Shown here one piece after another: positions 9,447 to 20,155 of a stretch of 64,000 nt of DNA; within the stretch, counting starts at the first letter, position 1, and each line of letters opens with the position of its first letter. The position numbers were made by a program, and so were the translations under genes. This DNA is from a bacterium (GTDB taxonomy: Bacteria; Patescibacteriota; Minisyncoccia; Phycocordibacterales; CALRBL01): the NCBI GenBank assembly GCA_027487075.1, contig JAIYEG010000010.1, positions 47,270 through 111,269 on the forward strand, in the 5' to 3' direction. The notes below the pieces were generated by a model, which had not been told where the DNA came from, did not search any database, and saw only the letters and a list, made by a program, of their open reading frames with translations.

Positions 9447-12122
9447 CTATTTCACCATCACTTCCTCTTTCTTCTTGCCACCTCCACGCTTTTCTTTTTT
9501 CACTTCAAAGTTGAGCTCACCACCCTTCACCGTTACCTTCACGGTTCCACCCTTCATCAAACCATCGCGCACAATGAGCGATGCAACAGGCGTAAGGATC
9601 TTGTTCTGAATGAGGCGCTTGAGCGGACGTGCACCGTACTCTGGATTGTATCCTTCCTTCGAAAGGTAGGCGCAGACATCGGGAGTAATATCGAGGGTAA
9701 TATCTTTTTGCTCGAGCCGCTTTGTCACCTTGGCAACTTCAATTGATACGATCTGCTGAATAGTTTCTGGAGAAAGCACATCGAAGACGATGATTTCGTC
9801 GAGGCGGTTCAAGAACTCCGGACGAAAATTATCCTTGAGCGCTTCCATCACCTTAGCTTTCATGTCGTCGTAGCGCGACTTCTCAGTGGTATCGGTAGTG
9901 AAACCGATCTTTTCCATACGATCGATGTATTGCGCGCCGATGTTCGACGTGAGAATGATGATGGTGTTTTTAAAGTTGATGACCTTGCCTTTCGAATCAG
10001 TGAGACGACCGTTGTCGAGTACCTGAAGCAAGATATTGAATACTTCAGGATGTGCCTTCTCAATTTCATCAAAGAGAATCACGCTGTAAGGACGATGTCG
10101 TACCATTTCGGTGAGCGTTCCTCCTTCTTCGTGGCCGACATATCCGGGAGGCGCACCGAGGATCTTCGACACAGAATGCTTCTCCATGTATTCAGACATG
10201 TCGACACGGATGAGCGCCTTCTCGTCGTCAAACATGAATTCAGCAAGCGCTTTGGTGAGCTCTGTCTTTCCCACACCCGTAGGTCCGAGGAAAATGAATG
10301 AACCGATAGGACGATGAGGATCGGCAATGCCGGCACGCGCGCGCTTGATGGTATCAGCAACCTTTTGCACCGCTTCAGCCTGTCCCACGATCTTCGCTTT
10401 GAGATACTCTTCCATACGATTAAGCTTTTCACGCTCTTCTTCGAGCATGCGTGACACAGGGATACCTGTCCATCGCGACACGATATCGGCGATATCAGCC
10501 TCAGTAATTTCTTCCTTCAGGATACGACGCGTTCCCTGAAGCTTCTTGAGTTTCTTAGACTTAATATCAAGCATCTTTTCCTGTTCAGGAATTTTGCTAT
10601 AGCGGATCTCGGCTGCCTTTGAAAGATCGGCTCGCGCTTCAGCACCCTCTGCTTCAAGACGAAGACTCTCAAGATTTTTCTTGATCTGCTTTATGTCACC
10701 ATACGTTTCCTTTTCATTTTTCCAACTGAGTTCGAGTTCGGCGGTTTTGTCTTGGAGCTCGGCTATTTCGTGTTCGATTTCTTTGATACGGACTTTTGCA
10801 TGCTTGTCAGTATCGGTTTCTTTCTTAAGTGCTTCTCGCTCGATTTCAAGACGCATCACCTTGCGATGAGTTTCTTCGAGCACAGGTGGCATGTTCTCAA
10901 GTGCAAGCTTGAGGTATGACGCCGACTCATCGATGAGGTCGACAGCTTTGTCAGGAAGGAAACGATCAGTGATATAGCGACTCGAAAGCTCTACTGCAGC
11001 AATGATAGCATTGTCTGTAATACGCACGCCATGGAAGAGTTCGTACTTTTCTTTGAGACCTCGAAGGATTGAGATCGCATCTTCGGTGCTTGGTTCGTTC
11101 ACATACACAGGCTGGAAGCGTCGGGTGAGCGCAGGATCTTTTTCGATATGCTTTTGATATTCACGAAGGGTGGTTGCACCAATAGCGCGGAGTTCTCCGC
11201 GAGAAAGTGCAGGCTTCAACATGTTTGATGCATCGAGTGAGCCTTCAGCAGCTCCTGCTCCTACGATGGTGTGAATTTCGTCGATGAAGAGAATCACTTT
11301 ATCCCCCGCTTTTTCAATATCTTTCAAAATATTCTTGAGACGCTCTTCGAATTCTCCACGATACTTGGTACCTGCAACAAGACTTCCCATGTCGAGTGAT
11401 ACGAGTTCTTTGTCTTTGAGTGATTCAGGCACATCACCTATTGCGATGCGATTTGCGAGACCTTCTGCAATTGCGGTCTTTCCCACACCCGCTTCACCGA
11501 TGAGGATAGGGTTGTTCTTGGTACGTCGTGAGAGAATCTGGAGCACGCGACTGATTTCGGTATCGCGACCTATCACGGGATCAAGCTTATTTTCTCGAGC
11601 AAGTGCCGTGAGATTGCGCGTATACTTGAGAAGTGATTTAAGCTTCTTTGATGAACCTCCTTCGGCATGACGATTTTCTTTTGCTTCACCAATTGCTTTA
11701 ACCACGTCTTTGCGGTTGATCTTGAAGCGAGTAAGCATTTCTTGAGAAGGTCCCGCTACTTCAAACATGGCGAGGAACAAGTGCTCAACGGACACAAACT
11801 CATCCTTCATTGAATGCGCGACCTTCTGGGATACTTCGATAATCTGTGCAAGCTCAGGAGTGAGGTAGAGCTGATATGACGGTGCGAGTGTTGATGCTGC
11901 CTCTGCTGGTTCGATAGCTTCAAGAAGATTGTCAGAAAGCAGGATGGTGTCAATTTCGAGACGTTCAAGAATAGACATCACAAAACTCTCCTCTTGGAGC
12001 ACGAGTGCCGTGAAGAGATGGAGTGGATTTACATGGTTCTGACCGCGCTCGATGGCATACTCATGCGCTCGACGGATCGCTTCCTTTGCTTTTGTGGTGA
12101 ATTTTTCAAATGGTGGCATCAT
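9447..12122 (-). CDS. clpB: ATP-dependent chaperone ClpB
   Basis: 891 aa. Two AAA+ modules ([16 protein letters not shown]) with the coiled-coil middle domain. Confidence 0.92.
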   Translation of the reverse strand: MMPPFEKFTTKAKEAIRRAHEYAIERGQNHVNPLHLFTALVLQEESFVMSILERLEIDTILLSDNLLEAIEPAEAASTLAPSYQLYLTPELAQIIEVSQKVAHSMKDEFVSVEHLFLAMFEVAGPSQEMLTRFKINRKDVVKAIGEAKENRHAEGGSSKKLKSLLKYTRNLTALARENKLDPVIGRDTEISRVLQILSRRTKNNPILIGEAGVGKTAIAEGLANRIAIGDVPESLKDKELVSLDMGSLVAGTKYRGEFEERLKNILKDIEKAGDKVILFIDEIHTIVGAGAAEGSLDASNMLKPALSRGELRAIGATTLREYQKHIEKDPALTRRFQPVYVNEPSTEDAISILRGLKEKYELFHGVRITDNAIIAAVELSSRYITDRFLPDKAVDLIDESASYLKLALENMPPVLEETHRKVMRLEIEREALKKETDTDKHAKVRIKEIEHEIAELQDKTAELELSWKNEKETYGDIKQIKKNLESLRLEAEGAEARADLSKAAEIRYSKIPEQEKMLDIKSKKLKKLQGTRRILKEEITEADIADIVSRWTGIPVSRMLEEEREKLNRMEEYLKAKIVGQAEAVQKVADTIKRARAGIADPHRPIGSFIFLGPTGVGKTELTKALAEFMFDDEKALIRVDMSEYMEKHSVSKILGAPPGYVGHEEGGTLTEMVRHRPYSVILFDEIEKAHPEVFNILLQVLDNGRLTDSKGKVINFKNTIIILTSNIGAQYIDRMEKIGFTTDTTEKSRYDDMKAKVMEALKDNFRPEFLNRLDEIIVFDVLSPETIQQIVSIEVAKVTKRLEQKDITLDITPDVCAYLSKEGYNPEYGARPLKRLIQNKILTPVASLIVRDGLMKGGTVKVTVKGGELNFEVKKEKRGGGKKKEEVMVK

Positions 12123-12141
12123 ATGTTTTGTGGTTATTATA

Positions 12142-13323
12142 CTACCTCTTTAATACAGTCAAGAGTGCTTCAACGAGGCCCTGTATTTCTTTTTCGGTGG
12201 TAAAGCGACCGAGCGTGATGCGGAGTGAGCTCTTTGAGCAACTCGCATCTTTATAGAGCTCCTCGATGACATACGATGATGAGTCTTCGCTCAGCGTGCG
12301 GCAACTGGTCACCGAAGAAAGTGCGTAGCCGAGTGCATCCATACGGAGCACAGCATACTCGGCATCAAGACCTACTAAACAAATATTCAAATTGTTAGGG
12401 AGACGCTGTTCCATGTCTCCATTTATTTTCAACTCTGGTACTTTAGACAATAGTTCATGAAGAATGCGTGAACGGAAATTCATAATACGGCGTGTTTCTT
12501 CTTTCTTTACACTCTGTGCAATGGTGAGTGCCTTTGCAAATCCCACAATCCCCGCAACATGCTCCGTACCTGATCGGAGCCCTGCTTCCTGCCCTCCTCC
12601 AAACACAATCGACTGAAGGGTGACACTGCGCTTTTTGAAAAGCACGCCTGTTCCCTTCGGACCATAGATCTTCGAAGCATCAAGGGTGAGGAGGTCGACA
12701 TACAGATCATTCACGAGCAAGGTAAGATACGAACCAGCTTGGCATGCATCAGAATGAAAGAGCGCATCTGGATTCTTTGCTTTTACTAATCGACCAATAT
12801 CTCGAATCGGTTGCACTGTGCCTATTTCATTATTGGCATACATCACCGACACAAGAACTGTCTCGGGTCGCACTGCCTCCTCGACTTTTTTTGCATCAAC
12901 GATGCCGTTTTCTTCGGGAGACACATACGTCACCTTCGCACCAAGCCCTCGAATATGTTCGAACGCTTCAAGTACCGATGAATGTTCAATCGATGTCGTC
13001 ACAAAATGAATACGCTCTTTCTTGAGCACATCTCGACAGTGCAGATACGTGCCGAGGATTGCCATATTGTTTGCTTCCGTACCGCCACTCGTAAAAATAA
13101 TTTCTTCTGGTTTTGACTGCAATCCATGTGCCACTGAACGACGCGCTTCTTCAATCGCTTTTCGCGCAACCACTCCTTCCTTATAAAGAGCCGAGGCATT
13201 TGCAAACTCAGTTTTGAGCCACGGCATCATTGCCTTGAGCACCCGTGGATCAAGCGGCGTCGCAGACGCATAATCGAAGTAGGCTCGTTTTTTTGCAGTG
13301 GTGCGTCGGAAATTCCAAAACAT
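12142..13323 (-). CDS. iscS: Cysteine desulfurase (IscS/NifS family)
   Basis: Class V aminotransferase fold. SGGTEANN, PLP-lysine region (HK.YGPKG) and active-site Cys near the C-terminus. Confidence 0.85.
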   Translation of the reverse strand: MFWNFRRTTAKKRAYFDYASATPLDPRVLKAMMPWLKTEFANASALYKEGVVARKAIEEARRSVAHGLQSKPEEIIFTSGGTEANNMAILGTYLHCRDVLKKERIHFVTTSIEHSSVLEAFEHIRGLGAKVTYVSPEENGIVDAKKVEEAVRPETVLVSVMYANNEIGTVQPIRDIGRLVKAKNPDALFHSDACQAGSYLTLLVNDLYVDLLTLDASKIYGPKGTGVLFKKRSVTLQSIVFGGGQEAGLRSGTEHVAGIVGFAKALTIAQSVKKEETRRIMNFRSRILHELLSKVPELKINGDMEQRLPNNLNICLVGLDAEYAVLRMDALGYALSSVTSCRTLSEDSSSYVIEELYKDASCSKSSLRITLGRFTTEKEIQGLVEALLTVLKR

Positions 13324-13378
13324 ACCGTGAATATAGCATAAAGCGGATTTTCATGGTATTTTAACATTCTCAACACTC

Positions 13379-14875
13379 ATGAAGAAAACCTCTGAACAAT
13401 CTCAAACCCTCATCAACCGCCCTCCGGTGGTTGCGGTGCTTGGCCACATCGACCACGGAAAGTCGACACTTTTGGACTATATCCGCAGCTCAAACATCGT
13501 TGAAAAAGAAGTTGGGGGCATCACTCAGAACATGTCAGCCTACGAAGTGATCGAAAAAGACAAGAAGATGACCTTCCTCGACACTCCAGGACACGAAGCC
13601 TTTCAAGAACTCCGTAGTCGTGGCGCACAAGTTGCTGATATTGGTATCTTGGTAGTATCAGCCGAAGACGGCGTGAAGCCACAAACCCTCGAAGCACTCC
13701 GCGCCATCACCGATGCAGAACTTCCCTACATTGTCGCTATCAACAAAATCGACAAAGAGGGTGCAAATATCGAACGTACCAAGCAATCGCTCGCCGAAAA
13801 CGGTATCTACATCGAAGGATACGGGGGAAGCATTCCCGCAGTGCCTATTTCTGCAAAAACGGGCGCTGGCATTCCTGAACTTCTCGATATGGTGAGCCTC
13901 CTTGCAGAGGTTGAAGACTTCAAAGCTGATGCATCACTTCCCGCAAGTGGCACCATTCTTGAAACGAATCGCGACAAACAAAAAGGAATTTCTGCAACAC
14001 TGGTCATCAAAGACGGAACCCTCAAAGCTGGTATGTATGTCGTATCAGGACAAGCCATTGCTCCCGTGCGTATCTTCCAGAACTTCCGTGGTGTTGCTAT
14101 CGAAGAAGCAACCTTCTCATCACCAGTGAAAGTCATTGGCTTCAGCGAAGTACCCAATGTTGGCGACACTTTCACTTCACACACCACTAAGAAAGAAGCT
14201 GAGGAAGCCGCACTTGCTAACAAAGAAAGTGAAATTGTGAAAGCAGCACCTCGCGTCGTACACACGCAGAGCTTCCTCATCCCTGTCATCATCAAAGCAA
14301 ACACCTCAGGAGTACTCGAAGCCATCGCTCACGAACTCAAGAAGTGCGAGACCGAAAAAGCGGGTATCAACATCGTACACCAAGGTATCGGTGACATTTC
14401 TGAAAGTGATATCAAACTCGCTGCGGCAAACCTCCAGACCCTCGTTGTCGGCTTCGACACTAAGATCGACAACTCAGCAAAAGCTCTTGCAGAAAAGCTC
14501 GGCATCAGCGTGCAGGTATTTAGTATTATCTACAAACTTTCTGAATGGGTAGCTACCGTGGTTGCAGAACGCACACCGAAAGTAGAAGTCGAAGAAGAAC
14601 GAGGTCGTATTAAGATTTTGAAGACGTTCAGCAAAGCAAAAGATAAGCAGGTGCTTGGTGGTCGTGTCGAGGTGGGGGCTATCGCAACAGGCGATGAAGT
14701 CATCATCTTCCGTCGTGAAGCCGAGATCGGCCGAGGACGCGTGCGCGAACTCCAGCAAGCCAAGAACAAAACCAGCGAAGTGAAGGAAGGACTCGAATTC
14801 GGCACCATGATCGAATCAAAGATCGAGATTGCTCCAGGTGACTACATTAAGCCTATCATGCGCGTGATCAAGTAA
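13379..14875 (+). CDS. infB: Translation initiation factor IF-2 (short form lacking the N-terminal extension)
   Basis: GTPase motifs GHIDHGKST, DTPGHE, NKID followed by beta-barrel domains. Confidence 0.85.
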   Translation: MKKTSEQSQTLINRPPVVAVLGHIDHGKSTLLDYIRSSNIVEKEVGGITQNMSAYEVIEKDKKMTFLDTPGHEAFQELRSRGAQVADIGILVVSAEDGVKPQTLEALRAITDAELPYIVAINKIDKEGANIERTKQSLAENGIYIEGYGGSIPAVPISAKTGAGIPELLDMVSLLAEVEDFKADASLPASGTILETNRDKQKGISATLVIKDGTLKAGMYVVSGQAIAPVRIFQNFRGVAIEEATFSSPVKVIGFSEVPNVGDTFTSHTTKKEAEEAALANKESEIVKAAPRVVHTQSFLIPVIIKANTSGVLEAIAHELKKCETEKAGINIVHQGIGDISESDIKLAAANLQTLVVGFDTKIDNSAKALAEKLGISVQVFSIIYKLSEWVATVVAERTPKVEVEEERGRIKILKTFSKAKDKQVLGGRVEVGAIATGDEVIIFRREAEIGRGRVRELQQAKNKTSEVKEGLEFGTMIESKIEIAPGDYIKPIMRVIK

Positions 14876-14912
14876 TAGATGGCGCCCTTCGAAGGGCGCC
14901 ATTCCAACACCT

Positions 14913-15227
14913 ATGACATTCCACAACGAAAAAGTAAAAGAAGAAATTCATCGCCTTGCAAGCGAGTATGTGTCACACGAATCAAACCGTGATGCGCTCA
15001 TCACCGTTACCCACACCCTCGTGAGCGACGATGCAAAATATGCCACCATCCTCTTCACCACCCTCCCTGAAAAAAAAGAAGATGCGGTGCTCGACTTCTT
15101 GAAGCGCAAGCGCAAAGAATTTAAGCAGTACGTGATGAAGCACTCAAAGATCGGTCGTGTTCCCTTCTTCGATTTTGAGATTGATAAAGGACAGAAGAGT
15201 GCGAATGAGATTTATACCGTATCCTAA
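14913..15227 (+). CDS. rbfA: Ribosome-binding factor A
   Basis: 104-aa KH-like protein directly downstream of infB (conserved synteny). Confidence 0.65.
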   Translation: MTFHNEKVKEEIHRLASEYVSHESNRDALITVTHTLVSDDAKYATILFTTLPEKKEDAVLDFLKRKRKEFKQYVMKHSKIGRVPFFDFEIDKGQKSANEIYTVS

Positions 15228-15499
15228 TTTTTAGCTAACCAGTAGATAATAAGGGAATTGAGAACTGCTCCAATTGAAATCAGCACTACTGCATCCATAG
15301 TTGAAGGACCTGATAGACCAAATATCAAAAAAACTAATGCTAAAATCATAGTCCAGGGCATTGTAACCATCAAAGAAAAAATATAAGAAAAAGAAGAATC
15401 AGACGCTTGAGAATCCGGAAGCCACGCAAAAAGAAGTGTGAGAAAAAAGATAAACAAATAAATACCTGCTGCTTTGCGACCTCTGCTTGATGGAAACAT
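15224..15499 (-). CDS. Small integral membrane protein
   Basis: Three hydrophobic helices. Start trimmed so it does not overlap tRNA-Leu. Confidence 0.35.
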   Translation of the reverse strand: MFPSSRGRKAAGIYLFIFFLTLLFAWLPDSQASDSSFSYIFSLMVTMPWTMILALVFLIFGLSGPSTMDAVVLISIGAVLNSLIIYWLAKN

Positions 15500-15565
15500 A
15501 ATATTTATTATCTCACGCACAAATTTTAATAGCAAAACAAAAATCCCTTTCGGGATTTTTTTTGT

Positions 15566-15650
15566 TGGTGCGCAGGAGAGGACTTGAACCTCCATGGGTT
15601 ACCCCGCTTGCTCCTAAGGCAAGTGCGTATACCAATTCCGCCACCTGCGC
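15566..15650 (-). tRNA. tRNA-Leu(UAG), CCA encoded
   Basis: Type II tRNA, anticodon loop CTTAGGA, T-arm GGTTCAAGTCC, terminal CCA. Confidence 0.8.
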
Positions 15651-15671
15651 ATCTGTAACCTTTGTTACGGG

Positions 15672-15744
15672 TGCACCCAGTAGGATTCGAACCTACGACC
15701 TTCTCCTTAAGAGGGAGCAGCTCTACCAACTGAGCTATGGGTGC
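15672..15744 (-). tRNA. tRNA-Lys(CUU)
   Basis: Acceptor GCACCCA, D-arm GCTCAGTTGGTAGAGC, anticodon loop CTCTTAA, T-arm GGTTCGAATCC. One non-WC pair at 27:43. Confidence 0.7.
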
Positions 15745-15851
15745 ATATCACCAACGATTATCTGACTTGAGCCGTATACCTACCAAAACAGCTATGGGTG
15801 CAGACATTTTTTATATCATCTTTTTTACCAACTTACAATCTTACTGACGTG

Positions 15852-15939
15852 TGCCCAGAGCCGGAGTCGAACCGGCACGAGAATGTAACTTCTCACGACA
15901 TTTTAAGTGTCGGGCGTCTACCAATTCCGCCATCCGGGC
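15852..15939 (-). tRNA. tRNA-Leu(UAA)
   Basis: Type II tRNA, anticodon loop CTTAAAA, T-arm GGTTCGACTCC. Confidence 0.8.
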
Positions 15940-15974
15940 ATTTGAAGTACTTACCTTACTCTACCATATTTTGA

Positions 15975-16046
15975 GGCGTAGGCCGGAATCGAACCGGCGC
16001 ATGACAGTTTTGCAAACTGCAGCGTTAACCACTTCGCCACTACGCC
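15975..16046 (-). tRNA. tRNA-Cys(GCA)
   Basis: Acceptor GGCGTAG, anticodon loop TTGCAAA, T-arm GGTTCGATTCC. Confidence 0.75.
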
Positions 16047-16199
16047 ATTCTTACTTTTTGACAAAGTACACCTCAAATACTACCTTATTTTGCGCCATTT
16101 CCCTATTGACTTTTGCTCAATAATATGATAATATTATGGCAAGATTGGGGTAGCACGACGCAACTCCTCTGAAACCTTCACAACTCAATCGACAGAATC

Positions 16200-17516
16200 A
16201 TGAACATCAACGACATCGTTGCCCCCTGGGTAACAAGCACGGTGATCACCTTCGTCCTCGCGGCGCTGGTGGTCATCATCGGGATCCGGCTCTACCTCAA
16301 AGCTGTGCCAGGCTGGATCAAACAGCTCAAACCGAAAACCGAATGGATCAAGAAGATCCTCAACCTCATCACACTGCTCGTGAAATGGGCGCTTATGGCA
16401 GCTATTGCGATTATTGCTATTGCTTTCATGCACTTCTTCATGAGCGGTGTACAGGTCGCATGTCTCCTCTTTGTCGCATGTGCAGCATTTGCTGCATTCG
16501 TGTGGTTCGCATACGAAGCGTCAAAGAAGAATACCCAAGCAACCACAGTTGCCTTAGATGAATTCAAATTCATCGTAGCAGGAGAGAGTCCTGTTAAAAT
16601 TCTGCACAACCTCAAAGACGCATGGCTGGATAAGAACGACGAAGTAACCACTGAAAAGTCCGAAGAGAAGGCCCAATACAACAACCCACTCCTCAACCTG
16701 TTGAAAGACTGGCTTGGAATTTACTGGGTAAGCTTTTTGTATCCTTTGCGAGAAGTGTTTTCTTTTAAAATCGACAAGAAGCGTCTTGTCGATGAGAGCA
16801 CACTCAAACCAGGCCATACAATGGCTGACTTAGTGAAGGTTGAAGTGGGTCAGGAAGTCAAATCGCTTAGGCGATTTTTCCCCAGACCATTCTATGCATC
16901 AAGCGTAGAATTGAAGGACGGCTTCCCCACCAATATCTTGGTGATGACGGAGTTTGAGGTTATAAGACCAAAAATTCCGGTAATGACCTACAAGGGTAAC
17001 TTCTTCCCACTTCTGGACACAGCAGTGGAATCAGCTATCAACGACATCGGCAACACATCTACCTTCATGGACCTCATTACAACCTCAACAAAAAAGGGGT
17101 CGCGGTTTTCACATAGTGTGATCGACGAGCTTTCAAAAGCGCTCCTCGACACTGTGGGAATTCGGATAAATGAGTTCTATATCGTTCAACTCGATCTTCC
17201 AGAAGACCAGGATCGTCTCCGGAGAGCGACCGTCGCAGAAGAAGAGGAACGCCTCCTTGGCGAAGGACGCATAGTAGCTGCAAAAGCAGACGCAGTCGCG
17301 ATCAAAACGCGCTCTGATGCATATGTTGCCGCTCAAGACGACGCTATCAAGAAACTGGTGGCGTTGAATGTGGATCCGAGCCTTGCCGCACAATTCGTGG
17401 CAGGGATGATGAACCACCGAGAAGTCGCGGGACCAGGATCAAAAATCAGCACGTACTACAGTGGTGTGCACCCCGTAGCAGCAGTAACTCCACAACCTCA
17501 ACCGACTCAAAACTAA
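16200..17516 (+). CDS. SPFH (band-7/stomatin/HflKC-like) domain membrane protein
   Basis: N-terminal TM helices, then an SPFH-like region with a Glu/Ala-rich coiled coil (ATVAEEEERLLGEGRIVAAKADAVAIK). GC is higher than the window average. Confidence 0.55.
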   Translation: MNINDIVAPWVTSTVITFVLAALVVIIGIRLYLKAVPGWIKQLKPKTEWIKKILNLITLLVKWALMAAIAIIAIAFMHFFMSGVQVACLLFVACAAFAAFVWFAYEASKKNTQATTVALDEFKFIVAGESPVKILHNLKDAWLDKNDEVTTEKSEEKAQYNNPLLNLLKDWLGIYWVSFLYPLREVFSFKIDKKRLVDESTLKPGHTMADLVKVEVGQEVKSLRRFFPRPFYASSVELKDGFPTNILVMTEFEVIRPKIPVMTYKGNFFPLLDTAVESAINDIGNTSTFMDLITTSTKKGSRFSHSVIDELSKALLDTVGIRINEFYIVQLDLPEDQDRLRRATVAEEEERLLGEGRIVAAKADAVAIKTRSDAYVAAQDDAIKKLVALNVDPSLAAQFVAGMMNHREVAGPGSKISTYYSGVHPVAAVTPQPQPTQN

Positions 17517-18665
17517 ATGAATACATTCGTCTGGACCCTTATCGGAGTACTCACCGTGCTCTGTCTGGGATTCGTAGCTTGGAGCCTCCACACTCGTGGA
17601 CGACTCAACTGGGATACACTGAAGTGGATCCTCATCGGCGTTATGGTGGCAGCTGCCACTGTAGCGGTAATCAACTTCCGAGAAGCGATTCCGTTCAAAT
17701 GGATCACTATCGGAATCGTCACCATGATCATTGTCGGGGTCGTGATCTGGCAATTGGAATCGGTAAAAAAACAAGACTCAAAATTCACGATGCGCTTCCT
17801 AGCTGGCCTCTGCGGGGTATTCTACCTCGCATGGCTGATTGGACAGCATAACGAGCTAGGGGCGGTAGCATTCGCTGCCTACCTCTACTCGATCGAGAAC
17901 ATCGCCATCGGCGCAAGCGCTCTTGGTGTCGGTCTGTTCTTGTGGCTGATCAGTGATGGCACGAGAAAGGTTCCCGTCAACAAGATCCTTGCTGGACTCG
18001 TCGCGGCGGCAGTGGGGTACATGCTGTACCTTCACTTTTGCCCCGGCTTGATCAGCAAGCTCTCGAAAATGACGCCGGAACAACTCGGTACTGCCATCGA
18101 CACGAGGATCCACAATCATCCCCTCATCTTCAGCGTACTTGCGCTGGCGGTGGTTGGGTGGCTCTTGTGGAAGCTCATCAAGGTGGAGTCCTTTCGAAAG
18201 TTTGTCATGTTCACCGCACAAATCGGAGCTATCATTGCCTTATTCTTCTTCCTGAAGAGCTGGCTCGGTAGCAACCATAGTGTGGGGAGCACAACAGCAT
18301 TCGTCGACACCGAGGTGATTCGTCCGGTCCCCGTCAATCCGACGGATCGGAACATCGTGACCGACATTGTCCTCGTCGCAGGCATCACCTACGACGTGTA
18401 TTACCCTCTTAAACCAGGGTACGGCTGGGACATGGTGTTTGCGACTGATGAGCACAACGAGTTCGTCCCGGTTCCGCTGGACATCAGCGCCAACGACCGG
18501 ACACGAACCATCACTCCCGGCATGACGTGGCAACAACAAAAAGAAGTCATCGACGAGCTGGGAAATATCGGAAAGGCATGCATCAAAACCCGTATCCAAC
18601 CGGGTAGCTGCAAGCCGAACTCGGTGTTCAAGATGGTCATTCTGTCGAAGAACACTGAACTGTGA
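17517..18665 (+). CDS. Polytopic integral membrane protein (function unknown)
   Basis: 382 aa with at least 7 TM segments. Translationally coupled to the SPFH gene. GC-rich relative to flanks. Confidence 0.5.
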   Translation: MNTFVWTLIGVLTVLCLGFVAWSLHTRGRLNWDTLKWILIGVMVAAATVAVINFREAIPFKWITIGIVTMIIVGVVIWQLESVKKQDSKFTMRFLAGLCGVFYLAWLIGQHNELGAVAFAAYLYSIENIAIGASALGVGLFLWLISDGTRKVPVNKILAGLVAAAVGYMLYLHFCPGLISKLSKMTPEQLGTAIDTRIHNHPLIFSVLALAVVGWLLWKLIKVESFRKFVMFTAQIGAIIALFFFLKSWLGSNHSVGSTTAFVDTEVIRPVPVNPTDRNIVTDIVLVAGITYDVYYPLKPGYGWDMVFATDEHNEFVPVPLDISANDRTRTITPGMTWQQQKEVIDELGNIGKACIKTRIQPGSCKPNSVFKMVILSKNTEL

Positions 18666-18725
18666 AGCTCGTTCCTTAACCTCAATCGCCGGACTCCCTT
18701 TGTGGGTGTCCGGCGATTTTTCTTT

Positions 18726-19001
18726 TTATTTCTCTATGGTATCGAGGTTTTTGGAGGTATCAATCCCGAGTGTTCCTGTCACCAGGCGTATGAGAGCAAA
18801 CGCCGAGAACATGATGAACATACCAAACAATCCGTAAAGAATATGTCGCTTAGCGGTCGAACGCACATCTTCGTCTCCTCCTTGTGCGATAAAGCGAATG
18901 AGGCCGTACACAAAGTAGAGCATCGCTAGTGCAAACAAAAGAAGAATGAGCGGATTGAGAATTTCGCTACTAAGCTTTGAGATGAATTGTTCGATCTTCA
19001 C
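18726..19001 (-). CDS. VirB2/TrbC-like small pilin-like protein (paralog 1 of 5)
   Basis: Two-TM hairpin with the motif AQGGDEDVRSTAKRHILYGLFGMFIMFSAFALIRLV, shared with the four genes downstream. Confidence 0.6.
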   Translation of the reverse strand: MKIEQFISKLSSEILNPLILLLFALAMLYFVYGLIRFIAQGGDEDVRSTAKRHILYGLFGMFIMFSAFALIRLVTGTLGIDTSKNLDTIEK

Positions 19002-19020
19002 GAGCGTGAATTAAGCCGTA

Positions 19021-19365
19021 TTAGAAGTTAATGACCGGAGCATTGCTTGAATCAAGCTGGTTGTCGAGCTGGAAAGTGTTGTTTACAAGGTTTACCAAAC
19101 CTACCGCTGAGAACATCACGAAGATGATGATAAGTCCCCAGATGATGGTCTGACGAGCCGCCTTGATTTTGTCTTCATCTCCTCCGGCATTAACATAGCG
19201 AAGAAGACCTACGATAAAGATGAATACAGCGATACCGATAATGAACGGGATAAGCTGGTTGATCACATTCTCGATACTGTCGAATGTATTACCGAGATCA
19301 AAGACTGCACCATAGGTAACAAATGGTGTTGCCAAGAGTGCGACGAGTGCTAAAAATTTTTTCAT
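19021..19365 (-). CDS. VirB2/TrbC-like small pilin-like protein (paralog 2)
   Basis: Signal peptide plus NAGGDEDKIKAARQTIIWGLIIIFVMFSAVGLVNLV. Confidence 0.65.
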   Translation of the reverse strand: MKKFLALVALLATPFVTYGAVFDLGNTFDSIENVINQLIPFIIGIAVFIFIVGLLRYVNAGGDEDKIKAARQTIIWGLIIIFVMFSAVGLVNLVNNTFQLDNQLDSSNAPVINF

Positions 19366-19416
19366 AATGATATTAAAACTTGATAAACGTTAATAATTGA
19401 ACGCCCTTTCATTATA

Positions 19417-19788
19417 CTATTTTAATTGAGGAATGAGCAAGGCACCACCAGGAAAAATACTAAGAAGGATATTTACCAACCCCCACATCGACATAATGAC
19501 AAAGAATGCAATGAGTCCAAATACAATAAACTGCTTTGCTTCTTTAATCTTTGCTTCATCCCCTGCTGCAGAAATATACTTCACCAATCCCCAAATAAAC
19601 ACCACCATACCAATACCGATAAGGATAAGCACGATCTGATTGATCGCATCAGCAGCAAATCCTACGACACATCTAAAATTATACTGACGGATACCCGTCC
19701 TTGTGTTGCAAGCTACTTGTGCAAAGGCATGATCTGCCGTTAGAAGCGATGCTGATACGATGCTGGCGTATGCGATATATTTTTTCAT
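19417..19788 (-). CDS. VirB2/TrbC-like small pilin-like protein (paralog 3)
   Basis: Signal peptide plus SAAGDEAKIKEAKQFIVFGLIAFFVIMSMWGLVNIL. Confidence 0.65.
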   Translation of the reverse strand: MKKYIAYASIVSASLLTADHAFAQVACNTRTGIRQYNFRCVVGFAADAINQIVLILIGIGMVVFIWGLVKYISAAGDEAKIKEAKQFIVFGLIAFFVIMSMWGLVNILLSIFPGGALLIPQLK

Positions 19789-19800
19789 AAGTATAAATGA

Positions 19801-20154
19801 TTAAGGTGCAACACTTTTTACGGTATTAATAACAACATCGGTGAGCACTCTCGCTCCCAACAGAATAGCAACTCCAATGAGAGTATAAATGAGAGTTCTC
19901 TTTGCATCGGTAATTTTCTTTTCTTCACCTTGCGCTGTTACAAAAAGAAAACCTGCGTATATAACAGCGATAACAGCGATAACAGCTCCCAGCTGAATTG
20001 CTGCATCTATGATACTTTGAATGAATTGAAAAATGTTTGAGTTATTCTTAAGAGGATTCTCAATACCTCCTGACCCTCCCTGTTTTGCTAATGTTGCAAA
20101 TGGTAATGAGAATAGGATGACTGATATACCAACATGTCGTATAAGTGATTTCAT
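19801..20154 (-). CDS. VirB2/TrbC-like small pilin-like protein (paralog 4)
   Basis: Signal peptide plus TAQGEEKKITDAKRTLIYTLIGVAILLGARVL. Confidence 0.6.
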   Translation of the reverse strand: MKSLIRHVGISVILFSLPFATLAKQGGSGGIENPLKNNSNIFQFIQSIIDAAIQLGAVIAVIAVIYAGFLFVTAQGEEKKITDAKRTLIYTLIGVAILLGARVLTDVVINTVKSVAP

Positions 20155-20155
20155 A

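Noticed and set aside
9860-11670. Numerous 60-130-aa antisense or overlapping ORFs inside clpB, gyrA, iscS, infB, valS, lepA, murJ, FtsZ etc. in the six-frame track
   Set aside because: They are embedded in well-supported long genes on the opposite strand or in another frame and have low-complexity, Ser/Arg-rich translations typical of noise, so they were treated as spurious.
17517-18665. Calling the 382-aa polytopic membrane protein VirB6/TrbL
   Set aside because: The call rests on size and topology only. No sequence motif could be verified by eye, so it is kept as 'membrane protein' with the VirB6 idea mentioned only as inference.
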